A program made the position numbers and the translations under genes. 64,000 nt of DNA from Podospora anserina (taxonomy: Eukaryota). Positions 1 to 10,245 of this stretch are shown one piece after another. The stretch's first letter is position 1. Each line of letters starts with the position of its first letter. The stretch covers positions 5,828,001-5,892,000 of the forward strand of contig CM030332.1 of NCBI GenBank assembly GCA_017654855.1, read 5' to 3'. The notes beneath the pieces were generated by a model, which worked only from the letters and a program-made list of their open reading frames with translations, was not told the origin of the DNA and searched no databases.

Positions 1-5
1 CTTAA

Positions 6-1676
6 GTGCCAGGAGCAACCCAACCCTCCGTCGTTAGTATCGACACTATGGTCAACTGTTCGACTGTTCCTCAGTGGACTTCTTCACCGGGTCACGGCCC
101 CGAAATAGAGCTTCATGATTCCACGGACCATGACCCTCATTTCAACCACGCGATTGGCATAAATGCACCCGCTCCCTTAACTCAACCTCCCCAGATCATC
201 CCTGATGGTGAAATGGAGTCCATGTTGTATTTCGATGTCGCCATAGCGCCTGGGCTCCAAGCGTTGGACAACCTTAACTGGCCCATTGAGCTCACATATC
301 AGGACCCTGTGGTTCTCAAAGGACTGGCTGAACTGTTTAGTCTCGATGGTCCCGATGATCCCTCGCTGAACCAGGCTGTCACCCCCTCCGAGGTGGAGCC
401 TTCTGTCGACGGCGCGCCCACCACCCACAACAACATCCCGTGCGATCAGTCAGGGGATGATCTTCGGGATGACCTAGGGTCTTGCGCTGCTGGAAGTGAA
501 AGCACGCCAGGCATTGATTTGCCCTGGGACGACTCCTGGACGGACGGGTTGTCGTTCAATATGGAGAATCCAAGAAGTATGTTCCTTGATCAGGGAATCG
601 CCGACGTCGCCATGCTTGCGCCATGCCTCGCCCTACCTGAGTCGCCTTTTCCCGCTCGCTATTCGACAGATCAGCTGAACGAGACGTGTCCGTTCTCCCT
701 GTTCTCAATGAGTCCAATCATGGACAGTCAACACGACACCTCCGTCGATGAAACTGACAGGACATCCATCGATTCTCAGCTCAAACAGTCGCCTGATACG
801 TCTTTTAGTGATGGCGGAGTCGATGCGGCAATGCCACCACTTAGCAGGACTGGCGTCACCGATGACAACATGAGGGAAACCCAAGCGCCGTCACTGAAGC
901 TCAAGCTGGAGGATCAGGAGTCCACAGATGCAGGAACGCTGGTATGCAAATATGATGCCTTGGAATGCATTTCCAACAACTCTACGGATAACCATCAAGT
1001 TACGATCACCCCTACTCGAAAGGATCTAAAAAGGAGGAAGGCCAGTCTCGACCCCGACGGCAGCGACTCGCCGCGAGGAAAGCGACTATGTATCGAGACA
1101 TTCCCAGACCTCACGGTTTATTCTGAGGGCAAATCGGCAGGTGTTAACACGAATAGCAGCCAACTTCAGGATCACATACATCCACTGGACACCAAGATGT
1201 CTTGCACGCCAAAGCGCCAACATCGTAGCCCGTTGCGTAAGCATGTGGAACCGAAGTTCGTCACACTCAGAGATATTGCCAAACCAAATGGATATATCAA
1301 GGGCTCGTTTCCTCTACACATTCACAGTCTGGACATGTACCCTGACCCGACCGACTCTTTCATGCTCCACTACCGCTGGGATCGTCGGGAGAAGGTTTGG
1401 GTTACCAATGCTCCAGAGGATGGGAGTGTCTCTCAAGAGGTCCTTCCTGACCGAGTGATGACGGCAGATCAGATGTGTGGCTTGGTGGACAATGTCCCTA
1501 CATTGTTCAATATCTATCTTCGGGTTGGCTGCAGTATGAATTTCGTCATGGAATGGGACGACTCCAAAAACTCCTTCATCATTGACGACCCTATTGTATG
1601 GGAGCCATTCAGCGTATCTAGAAAACACGTGTCTAACAGTTTCAACGCGTTAAATGACAGCGGCAAGCGGCGGTAG
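6..1676 (+). CDS. Hypothetical protein; acidic/Pro-Ser-rich N-terminus, possible small folded C-terminal domain
   Basis: 556-codon open frame (first ATG at 48, in-frame TAA just before the frame). No recognisable motif. Confidence 0.45.
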   Translation: MPGATQPSVVSIDTMVNCSTVPQWTSSPGHGPEIELHDSTDHDPHFNHAIGINAPAPLTQPPQIIPDGEMESMLYFDVAIAPGLQALDNLNWPIELTYQDPVVLKGLAELFSLDGPDDPSLNQAVTPSEVEPSVDGAPTTHNNIPCDQSGDDLRDDLGSCAAGSESTPGIDLPWDDSWTDGLSFNMENPRSMFLDQGIADVAMLAPCLALPESPFPARYSTDQLNETCPFSLFSMSPIMDSQHDTSVDETDRTSIDSQLKQSPDTSFSDGGVDAAMPPLSRTGVTDDNMRETQAPSLKLKLEDQESTDAGTLVCKYDALECISNNSTDNHQVTITPTRKDLKRRKASLDPDGSDSPRGKRLCIETFPDLTVYSEGKSAGVNTNSSQLQDHIHPLDTKMSCTPKRQHRSPLRKHVEPKFVTLRDIAKPNGYIKGSFPLHIHSLDMYPDPTDSFMLHYRWDRREKVWVTNAPEDGSVSQEVLPDRVMTADQMCGLVDNVPTLFNIYLRVGCSMNFVMEWDDSKNSFIIDDPIVWEPFSVSRKHVSNSFNALNDSGKRR

Positions 1677-3056
1677 GATGGTGGGGACATAAGCTGTGTC
1701 ATTGATCAAATGTATATATTTATGTAAAGAGCTACTCTCCCATCACATTCACCATGAGATTCCAGAACTTCTGCCCGGTGAAACGGCAAGCATTCTCAAG
1801 ACCGATGCGAGTTCAATGCGTGGGATTTCACACACAGACTGGGACGGTATAGTTCGATGTAGCGGTATATCTGAACCCATGACCCAGTTGTCAAGTACAC
1901 CTGACGTAGTATCATAGTAGACAGTAGCTTGTGTCGGGTCATGAAACTAATCATAGCGTCGTGCTTGGTTACGGCGTTTTGGATCTCGAGGTCTTCCAAG
2001 CAGGGAAAGTGCAGCTTCCCCAGAGGCAGCAGGCACTTGAACCCGGCCGGACTTAATGACAGTAAGAGCTTTCGAACCTTTGGAAACAAGGAAAGAAAGT
2101 CAGTAGCGGTCGTACCATGGGCATCCCGGACAGCGAATGGGTTGATTCGCAAATCTGTGACGTGCTGTAAGGAAGCGTCTTGCTAAGCCTTGTGCCCGAA
2201 TATAACTTGGAGATCAAGCTGCGTATTGACGGGGAAGAGGTGGAGACATGATAGCACAGGTCAAAGAGTGTCCTCAATCTTGTTATCGGGATTGAGAAGC
2301 ATCCAGATTCTCTCTATTAATCTGGCGTACTGCGGGTTTTTTGGGTTTGCCCCATCCGTATTTCCTCAATGTTGCCACCGTCAGCATTCGAGGAATTGAA
2401 TGAGCTTAGTTCCGTAATAATAGCCTGTATGGTTTAATTGCGCTGATGGTTAGAAGTCGCGATGGTTTTCGTGGTGGTTGGATAAGTAGATGGCTAAGGT
2501 ATGCTAGCAACGAAAATCATTAAGTTTAATAATAAGCTCGGGCACTGTAAGTAGGCCAGTGTAGCTCGTAGGTACTTCAGGAGTAATGTTTTAATACCAT
2601 TTTCAATTAAGATTTACTATAATAAACCCTAACCCATATAATAAAGTGCCCCTTTAACAATATCAAGGTGCCCGTGGAGTAAGTCCTATTAGAAAAGCCT
2701 GAAGAGGGAGTACACGAGCAGGAAGAGGAAGAGGAGGAACAGGGGGGAATAGGAGGAACAGGAGGAATAGGAAGAAGGGGCGGCTGGAACCAAAGTCGAA
2801 GATAAACAGTCTTTAAGGCCTTGTGTAAGGACACCTTATACTTTCCGATATAGGTTTTTCACTTGGCCTACACGGCACGGTTTTCCTATATAAATACCAG
2901 CAAAAGGCCCGGCGCATTCGTTATAAAAAAGGTTAGAACGGTGTAGGAAAAATAAAAATATATTAATCTATTAGCCAGCAAAAGCAACGCAAGTCTCGCG
3001 GTAGTAAACTTTTAAGTCATAGAGTGCATAAAACAAAAATACCGTTCTCTGACAGA

Positions 3057-5333
3057 TTATCCACCATGTGATGGGGTTGCCCTCGGACTCCTGTCCATCT
3101 GCTTAAAAACGTACCTCGCCTCGCGCCCGGTAATTTCCGTTAAGTACGAATTTGGTGTCTCACGCTTCCTCTTCGGTTTTGAGAGCCTGGAAACCGCTCG
3201 AGCCTTGAGAGGTGGGAAGAGGTGGGCTCGGTCGAAGTCGATGATCATTATGCGACAACGCTCGGCGTTCCAGAGATAATTGGCCCTATTGTCATCCCCA
3301 TGATCAACACCCTCGCTCCAGATGGCCGTCAATGACTCCCTCTTCAGCGTCTCGGCGTCGGCCATGCTAGCGCTTGGCGTCTGGCCCGCCCACGACATGA
3401 GCATCATGTAAACAACAAACTCGAGCCCCGGGAGAATGTAGCCACGATCGAGGCGCACGAGGCCCAGATGCACCGGTACCACGTCGCCCTGAAGATGATC
3501 AAGCCGTGCGTAGACCCGGCCTTCGTGCTCCAAACGACTAAGGCGGTCCTCCAGTGTTCCTTTGCCAACAAATGTGTAGCCGTATGGAAAAAGCTCCAGC
3601 TTAAAAAGCCAGCCCATTGCTCCTCTCTTGTCCCAGAAGTCCACCATCCGGCATCCCTTGTAGGGACTCAAGAGAAGCTGCTGCTTCACCATATCGGTAA
3701 AACGATGGGCATTGACGGGATGCCGAGAGGAGCCATCGAAGCGATGTAATGAGACATTGGGGCAATTCTCGTCCAGGTCTTTCCCTCTCTTGAGACCTAA
3801 TAGGCACGCTTGTGTGCAGTATTGCCTGGTGGGCTCCGGGTCAGCCATAGCGATATCCTCGTCCTCGCCACCACTCGACGGACCGCGCTTCCGCTTATTA
3901 GCCGCCAGCCTTGAGCGAGATGCGCCGGGTTCCGAATGGTCCTCGTCGTGTTCGTCATGCTCGTTGCCTTGGGGGAGTACCGCTGCCGGTTTGCAAGACG
4001 ACTGAGACCGCAAGGCCACTTTCCGACCGGTCGGTTTCGCTTCGGATGTATACTCTGAGTTTTCCGTGTTCTGCGACGACGCCGCCGACGATAACTCGGG
4101 GGGCTCGAGCCCAAGATAGGCCACATCCGCGTACGACTCCGACCATGTTTTCAGTGTCGCCTTGGCTACTGACAGTGCTGTTTCGAGAGATTGTCCCTCG
4201 AGAGCTTCGGACTGAAAGCTGGACAGGCAGAAGCTGACTAGTTGAGCCACTGCGGTGTGGGATAGCCGATCGGTCCAGTCGTTGGTCGGCTCGCCCACAT
4301 CGTCGGCCGGCAGGCACGGATGACAGTACAGCGTTTGCCAATCATCTCTGTCAACGTAGAGGAGTAGCAAGCACCGGCCCGCAGCAACATAACCATATGA
4401 TACCCCGTAGGTGATCATGTAGTCGAAGACTTGCGTCAGTGCCATGGCGATGAATGCCTCGGCCTGCTCCCGGCGTTGCACCTCCTCGTCGCGGCTGAGC
4501 TTGTCGTCGTTGATGCGTGCGACGACCTCGTGGAACAGGTGTTCCTTCGCCGTAGCTGACCGAACATGCTCGATAGCGACTTTATGGGCTGCCTTGTAGT
4601 CGTATATAAAGGCCTGGGTCTGGCCTCCGCCGGGTTGCATCCGTATGCCGACTCCGTCAGGCTGTCTGTTCGAGCATATGTATTTCCTCTTGGACGTAGG
4701 GCGCTTATTCGGCCCGGCTTGTTGGCGTCGCTCCAAACTCCCATCGCTGGTGTTGTCATCTGCACCGCTACTCCTGTCATCTTCTTGTGTGAGCTCGCGG
4801 AGGTTAGCGCTGAACCGAAACTCGGGGCATCGATATGCTTTGCCCGCCTCCTCATGCGTTGCAAGAACCTTGAGGATCCCCTGTACTGGGCGCTCGACTG
4901 CATCTACCTCAAAACGGTCGATCGCTTTCTCGTTGCCCGCTAGATGATCCGAGATAATCGTCCCAAGGTTCTTAGTCGTGCTGGCTGGTTCGAAGAGCTG
5001 CCTTTGACCACAGATCTTCTGCACAAGATCGAAATAACGTGGGTGGAGGACGTTGGTAAAGTTGGTCCAAGGACGAAGTCGCTTGGGGTAGTACTTGCCC
5101 ACGACTTTCGTATAGCCCGTAGAAGACCTCGATGTGTCGGTAAGTCGTAGAGCGTTGTAGAGATGCCTGTGGCAGTTGCGCAGGTATTCGAGGAACGTGG
5201 TCTTTCGATGCTCCAGCTGAAGCCGCTCCTTCTCGCATCGCTCTTGCGCCTCTCGTGCCTTGGCTTCCTCCTCTCGTGCCTTGGCTTCCTCCAGCTTACG
5301 AAGGAGCTGTGTAATCCTGTCTTTGTCGGACAT
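3057..5333 (-). CDS. Spok: Spok-family meiotic drive (spore killer) toxin-antidote protein, 758 aa
   Basis: Starts MSDKDRITQLLRKLEEAKAREEEAKARE (coiled coil), then TTFLEYLRNCH...GKYYPKRLRPW. Nuclease-like region QPDG...YDYKAAHK, Cys cluster QYCTQAC...DENCP, kinase-like C-terminus YTFVGKGT / HGDDNRANYLW / IIDFD. Matches the remembered Podospora SPOK architecture. No internal stops. Confidence 0.93.
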   Translation of the reverse strand: MSDKDRITQLLRKLEEAKAREEEAKAREAQERCEKERLQLEHRKTTFLEYLRNCHRHLYNALRLTDTSRSSTGYTKVVGKYYPKRLRPWTNFTNVLHPRYFDLVQKICGQRQLFEPASTTKNLGTIISDHLAGNEKAIDRFEVDAVERPVQGILKVLATHEEAGKAYRCPEFRFSANLRELTQEDDRSSGADDNTSDGSLERRQQAGPNKRPTSKRKYICSNRQPDGVGIRMQPGGGQTQAFIYDYKAAHKVAIEHVRSATAKEHLFHEVVARINDDKLSRDEEVQRREQAEAFIAMALTQVFDYMITYGVSYGYVAAGRCLLLLYVDRDDWQTLYCHPCLPADDVGEPTNDWTDRLSHTAVAQLVSFCLSSFQSEALEGQSLETALSVAKATLKTWSESYADVAYLGLEPPELSSAASSQNTENSEYTSEAKPTGRKVALRSQSSCKPAAVLPQGNEHDEHDEDHSEPGASRSRLAANKRKRGPSSGGEDEDIAMADPEPTRQYCTQACLLGLKRGKDLDENCPNVSLHRFDGSSRHPVNAHRFTDMVKQQLLLSPYKGCRMVDFWDKRGAMGWLFKLELFPYGYTFVGKGTLEDRLSRLEHEGRVYARLDHLQGDVVPVHLGLVRLDRGYILPGLEFVVYMMLMSWAGQTPSASMADAETLKRESLTAIWSEGVDHGDDNRANYLWNAERCRIMIIDFDRAHLFPPLKARAVSRLSKPKRKRETPNSYLTEITGREARYVFKQMDRSPRATPSHGG
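5249..5292. repeat. 21-bp tandem repeat (x2) encoding the EEAKARE heptad of the Spok coiled coil
   Basis: cctctcgtgccttggcttcct repeated exactly at 5249-5269 and 5270-5290. Confidence 0.9.
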
Positions 5334-5448
5334 TGCGTCCGCTAGACTCGGCTGCTTGGGGCTGGAAGGGATGTCGTGATGATGTATGGCGGCGATTGGA
5401 CGGCGGAAGCTTCCGTCGGTCTGATGGCTCGAGGTCTGTATTATATGT

Positions 5449-5504
5449 CTGTTAGCCATCAGCGAAGCCTTAACGTATCAGTCTCATCAGATGAAGAGAA
5501 GTAC
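5449..5504 (-). other. Probable 5'-UTR intron of the Spok gene
   Basis: Minus strand AAG|GTACTT...GCTAACAG (56 nt). It contains the upstream ATG (5459) used by the ORF track, which supports 5333 as the real start. Confidence 0.55.
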
Positions 5505-6272
5505 CTTAATCTTGTACAGAGCGTAGATATCGAGTTAATATGTACGGGGTAAATGTGGTGGTCGCGCCGAGAGGGGAGAAGAAATGGGGTCTGGTTTATG
5601 TAGATATGCGGAAGTCAAGCGCAAGGTTGAGCAGTAGTCCTGCCGCGCCTGTTACGGCTGGCAGGTTCTCTGAGGTAAAGGACTATAGAGAAGAAAGAAG
5701 GAAAGGCTCCGCCAAGCCAGAGCTTGCAGAGCTTCGAGGTGCAAGCTGGTGGGGCGCTTGATAAGATAAGGTCCTCGAATGTGGAGCCACGCTGGAAGTG
5801 GGGTGCCAACACCATAACCCCCCCAAAAAAAACCCTCGCTTCCTAATACCAATAAACAAGCGAGCTTTATAAAAAAAAATTGCTACTTCAAAGACTGGAA
5901 TTTATACCGGACTACATCACTTGCCTCGCAGTCTTATCGAAAAGCCTTATTAACGAAGGCTTTTGTTGAAAAGACCAACAGCCACGACTCCCCCGAATCC
6001 TCAGTGAGCCCCACTTCCTCCCACATACCCTCAAGCCTGTGACCGCACCCCAAACCAGTATCTGGTCGACCCAATTGTTAATCCTTTTTTGGCTAACAGC
6101 AAGGGGAACAATACTCCAGCCTGTAGTCCCGGCAACCGAAAAAGGCCCAGCCAACAAATTCGCATCGAAAACCAGAAATTGGGTCGTGATGCCAGTCGTT
6201 GTATTGGGGGCCGCGTGTGCATTTACATCCATTCTCGCTCAGTATCTACCACTCTGCTATCCGTCCCCTTGA

Positions 6273-6911
6273 CTACATGCGGCCCTGCCTGTGCCCGTCG
6301 TAGCTCTGCTCCTGTGCGGCTATTGCTGCCGCTTTACTAGGCCGGATCCAGTCCTTGTCTGTGACGTTGTAATACAAGAGGTCTCCCTGCTCGTTTAGCC
6401 CCGAGGGAAAGGCCCCCCCCCGGTCGTGGGTAGCACTTCTACGGCACTCTGTGCCATGCCAAGCACAGTTGCCGCACTTGCCGTTGTCGATGCTGGGTTG
6501 CGAAACGCAACCCAGGAACGGATACGCAACGGGCGAACGGCGCTCAGGTTTGCCATGCCTTCGGTCGGGCACAGCAGTCGTATATTGGCCCTGGCGGCTT
6601 GCGCAGCACAGACATTGCTCATCGTTCCTGGCCGGCATCAGGCAGTTAGCCAGCCGTGCCTAACAGAAGGGGGAGGGAATGGGGGCTTACACCTCACCGA
6701 GTGACTGGATGATCAGAGCTATCGCGCGTGCCCTTGAGGCGCACGCTTCGGCTAAGATTCTGCCAAATGGCAGGCCATTATAATGCTCAACAAATACCGG
6801 GCGGACACGGAATTTGCAGGATAGCCAATTGATGGAAAGTAACTGCACGAGGTCGGAGTCGACGCCAAGCTCTCTTGCAAGAGCTGTGAACTCGGCCTGC
6901 GTCGATGGCAA
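6273..6911 (-). CDS. DUF3716-like Cys-rich (zinc-binding) protein, probably two exons
   Basis: ALIIQSLG...CLCC...PFLGCV...GKCGNCAW...C pattern. A GTAAGC...CTAAC...CCAG intron (about 6628-6690) joins ORFs 6687-6911 and 6273-6638. Confidence 0.5.
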
Positions 6912-7885
6912 ATCCCATCGGACATAGAGGCAGTGGTTCTTTGGAAGTCGGTATACGCGCAGCCTCCTCAGCGCGCCGACATGGCAGCCAGAAATGGTAG
7001 CGCGCTGCTCCGCGTCAGCCGGTCGCGGGCGTCGCTCTTGGTCCTACTCGGAGGGGACAACCCAGACATGCTGCTGCGGGCCATCGTCGACAGGGTGCGG
7101 CAGTTGTTGGTTAAGTCGCTCGCCCGGGCGGGAGTCGGCGACGGCATTAGCCATCATGTATCCTGGAGCTGGTTAGCGGATGTCTATACAATGCCGGGTT
7201 GGCTAGGCAAGAGAGAGGGCGATACCGTGTGCGGGCGATGGATGGTAGAGAGTGACGGCGGCGCTCTCGGGTCGCGTTCCTCGGTCCTGCTCTTCCGCGT
7301 AGTAGCGGCTCCGGTCTGTTGCAAATCGCTGTTTGTGTTGGAGATGGCGATTGTTGCGGCGGGGAAGGATGCTGCGGCGGGAAGAAAGTTGCCGGTGCTA
7401 AGTCCTGCTGTGGGGCTGGCCCACGTGACCACAATGTCGCGGTGAGCAATGGCTCGGGCCAATACTTTCAATCACCAGCAGCGGAGCCTTGGGTCGGCAA
7501 TACCAACGCAACGTGTAACTAAGAAATCGCGGCAACGCATTTCTGTCTGAACGACGCTCCTAACTTTTACCGTCCGCCTCTCATGGATAAAAACATCAGT
7601 TGGAATTGTATGTAAATGTAAGCTGCCTTCATGGCCGAGGAGCGCAAGGAGCGCGTGTTGTTATTGAGGCACAAGATTGCCTCCAGATGGCCCCAGTTGA
7701 GAGCGTTGAGATGGGAGAGCTTCCCGATGCTGCTGCTATCGCCGCTTGAGGGCTGGGATTGGTGGGTCAGGAGCCTTCAGAGGTTGGCGGCACGATGAAG
7801 AGCAGTGCCTGGCGGGTAGTTTGGTTGTGGAATTGACTGTGTTGTCATTTACTTGTACCTTTTAACTGTTCGGTTCATTAACTAT

Positions 7886-7959
7886 CGTAGTTTTGCTTCC
7901 GTAAGTAGATCTGAGGAATATCCTCTGCGTAGTTTTGCTTCCGTAAGTAGATCCGAGGA
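7886..7959. repeat. Direct repeat, about 32 bp x2 (42-bp period)
   Basis: cgtagttttgcttccgtaagtagatc(t/c)gagga at 7886 and 7928. Confidence 0.85.
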
Positions 7960-8459
7960 GTGTCAAAGCGGCTAGTGACCGCCCCAACCGCAGCCAGGTC
8001 TGGAGGTGCTTGACAGTGTGGCACCGGCGCAATGTCTAAGCCGCTCCAGATGCGAAACCCGTGCGAAAAAAATTTAAATATCGGATCTATGGCACTGGTT
8101 TGGTCTCTAGTGTAAGCATTGCGAGAAAACACGTCGCACCGGTGTTGTCCCTGATCCACTCCGGGCGCCATTTCCGGCTTGTGTCTGCGCTGTCGAACGA
8201 TCTGTGTTCGTAAGACGGCTCTCGTGTCTATTCCGGGCATGTCCTCCGAAAAGTGCTAGAACATTGCGGCTGGCAAAGGGTTTCCTGTAAGCCACGTATA
8301 TTAGCCGCTTGCTCGGCGTGTCACTCAACTCTCAAGCGATCGCAGTGTGCATACAATTTGGCCATCTAAACTCTTCTATCTCCCCTTTCGCAGGCTCGGA
8401 TCCCACCACATCCATTAGCGCTGAGCATAGCGTGTGAAGGTTAACGCAAAGGCCCTTAT

Positions 8460-9119
8460 ATGATGAACCGGAACAGGCGGATCTCTAAGGCGCCTGGCTT
8501 TAAGGAAGGCAGCGGCGACCACAGCTCCACCACCCCCCCAGCCGTGCTAAACGATGGCAATATCTCCACGTCTAAGGAGCCGTTATGGAAGGACGGCTAT
8601 TGCAAGGCACTGTCGCCTACTTTGGACGAAACCCTGCCACCAACCCAAGCTTCTGATACAACAATTGATTATCACACCACCCCAAAAAATCCTAGAGGGG
8701 GGGAAACACACAGACCGACCGTTCAAGACGTCTTTGGAAGAAGGCCAGCCATGGCCGTTAAAAAAATGTACATGGCGGGAGATATCCCACGGTTCGTAGT
8801 CGCCTTTACCTCTCCTATCTGGCGCAAGGTTAAAGAGCTGGCGGGCGAGACGTGCTTCGAAAGTTTCCTTCGACAGTATCGCGGATGGAAACATTTCTGG
8901 CAGTTCAAGGATACGTCGGCTATTATATACTTCCCACCACACGCTTTGCCGGGCAAGATTTCATATAAGAAGGTGATCGGTATGAAGCTGGTGGGCGAGG
9001 AATGGATGGCTTGTGTAGAAGCTGAGACGGATATAGGACCGAAGGATATAGGTGATAACCACCTCGCGGGGATTATTGCGAAGTTTTGTGAAAAGACAGA
9101 CTGGACCGACTTATTCTAG
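8460..9119 (+). CDS. Hypothetical protein; C-terminus weakly chromo-like
   Basis: 219-codon ATG ORF. YKKVIGMKLVGEEWMACVE resembles the start of a chromo fold only weakly. Confidence 0.35.
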   Translation: MMNRNRRISKAPGFKEGSGDHSSTTPPAVLNDGNISTSKEPLWKDGYCKALSPTLDETLPPTQASDTTIDYHTTPKNPRGGETHRPTVQDVFGRRPAMAVKKMYMAGDIPRFVVAFTSPIWRKVKELAGETCFESFLRQYRGWKHFWQFKDTSAIIYFPPHALPGKISYKKVIGMKLVGEEWMACVEAETDIGPKDIGDNHLAGIIAKFCEKTDWTDLF

Positions 9120-9915
9120 TTATCGATATTAAAAGTGTAGCCAAGTTATATCAAATCAAAATAAGTTTTTAAAAAAGATTAACGAAGTAATTTATACATC
9201 TATATTACCCTCTCTATAAAGTTGTTCGCGTATCTATCAATATTGGATTAACGATATATTATTACGGGGCTGGGTATTAAGCTGTGAACCGTACTATACT
9301 TTAGTTATAAACTTTTCTCTTCTTCTCCAGCACCGATACCTAGCTGTTATACAATAGGGGCGACTACCCTATAGCTAGCTAGCCGTTGCCTTGCCCCGGG
9401 GTCTTACCCAAACGGTATGCACCTAACTCATTGCTGTTTAAAGCAGATACAAGGGCCTCGTGGTGCATCCATAGCTCGTTAATTTGGTGATACGGGATAT
9501 GCGATGTTAGCATAGCTTGCGCGAATCGATATTATTACCGGGAATTTATACGAAGCTAAAGTTAGAGATTAAATGGAGCCTTGAAATGGATTCTACCTTA
9601 GTATAGAGATTTTATTAGGGATAGAAACGGCTTCTATTAAGGGGCAATTGCATTCTTTAGGTCCACACTAGATAGCTTCGTCTGGCTGTCCAAAAGGTAG
9701 TGTCTAAGTGGGGTATGGGGGATAAAAGAACGCCACAATATCCTATAGATTTATATGGAGGTCTAACAATCCAGGGTGTCGGCTTTTCTGTATTTCGCTT
9801 AAAACTATAAGCGTAGGCCTGGAGCGGTATGGCCTAATTTTCATCTTCTCTCTATCGCGTTATTATTTAAAAGTTGTTATTACGTCCCACCCGATCACCC
9901 GAACACTAAACAGGA

Positions 9916-10245
9916 ATGTATTCTAAGTTCTTAGTATTGGGCGCTTTGCCTATGCTCGGTTTTGCATAAGCGTATTCTGCTAAGCTTAGAGGCCGTATTG
10001 AGGGCGGTTATATTAAGCCCATAACGACCTATGAGGGTATCGGTAAACAATTATGTGGAGACGGATGCGTTCCCATGGATTATACCTGCTGCCCCAGTGA
10101 AGAAGGGGCCTGTGTTCTAGATTGGGAGTGCTAGTTGGGTAATAACAACGAGTACGGGTGCTGTCCCGAGGGTGCGGAATGTGTGGGTGACGGCGGAGTT
10201 ATTACTACGACCTTTTACGATACTCTCCCCACTACCCTAGCTCGG
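9916..10245 (+). pseudogene. RIP-damaged secreted Cys-rich protein
   Basis: One frame reads MYSKFLVLGALPMLGFA*AYS...CGDGCVPMDYTCCPSEEGACVLDWEC*LGNNNEYGCCPEGAECVGDGG. It has a signal peptide and Cys pattern, with TAA/TAG stops consistent with CAA/CAG to stop changes. Confidence 0.55.

Noticed and set aside
1720-2330. F-box/LRR-like fragment (CLEDLEIQN...LRQVYLTTGSW) on the minus strand
   Set aside because: Broken frames and only generic leucine periodicity; cannot assign.
3468-5345. Many overlapping short ORFs antisense to Spok (likewise over the SNF2 and seb1 genes)
   Set aside because: Shadow frames of GC-rich coding sequence with no motifs.
5334-5459. 42-aa N-terminal extension of Spok in the ORF track
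   Set aside because: The upstream ATG lies in a probable 5'-UTR intron, and the family starts at MSDKDR.
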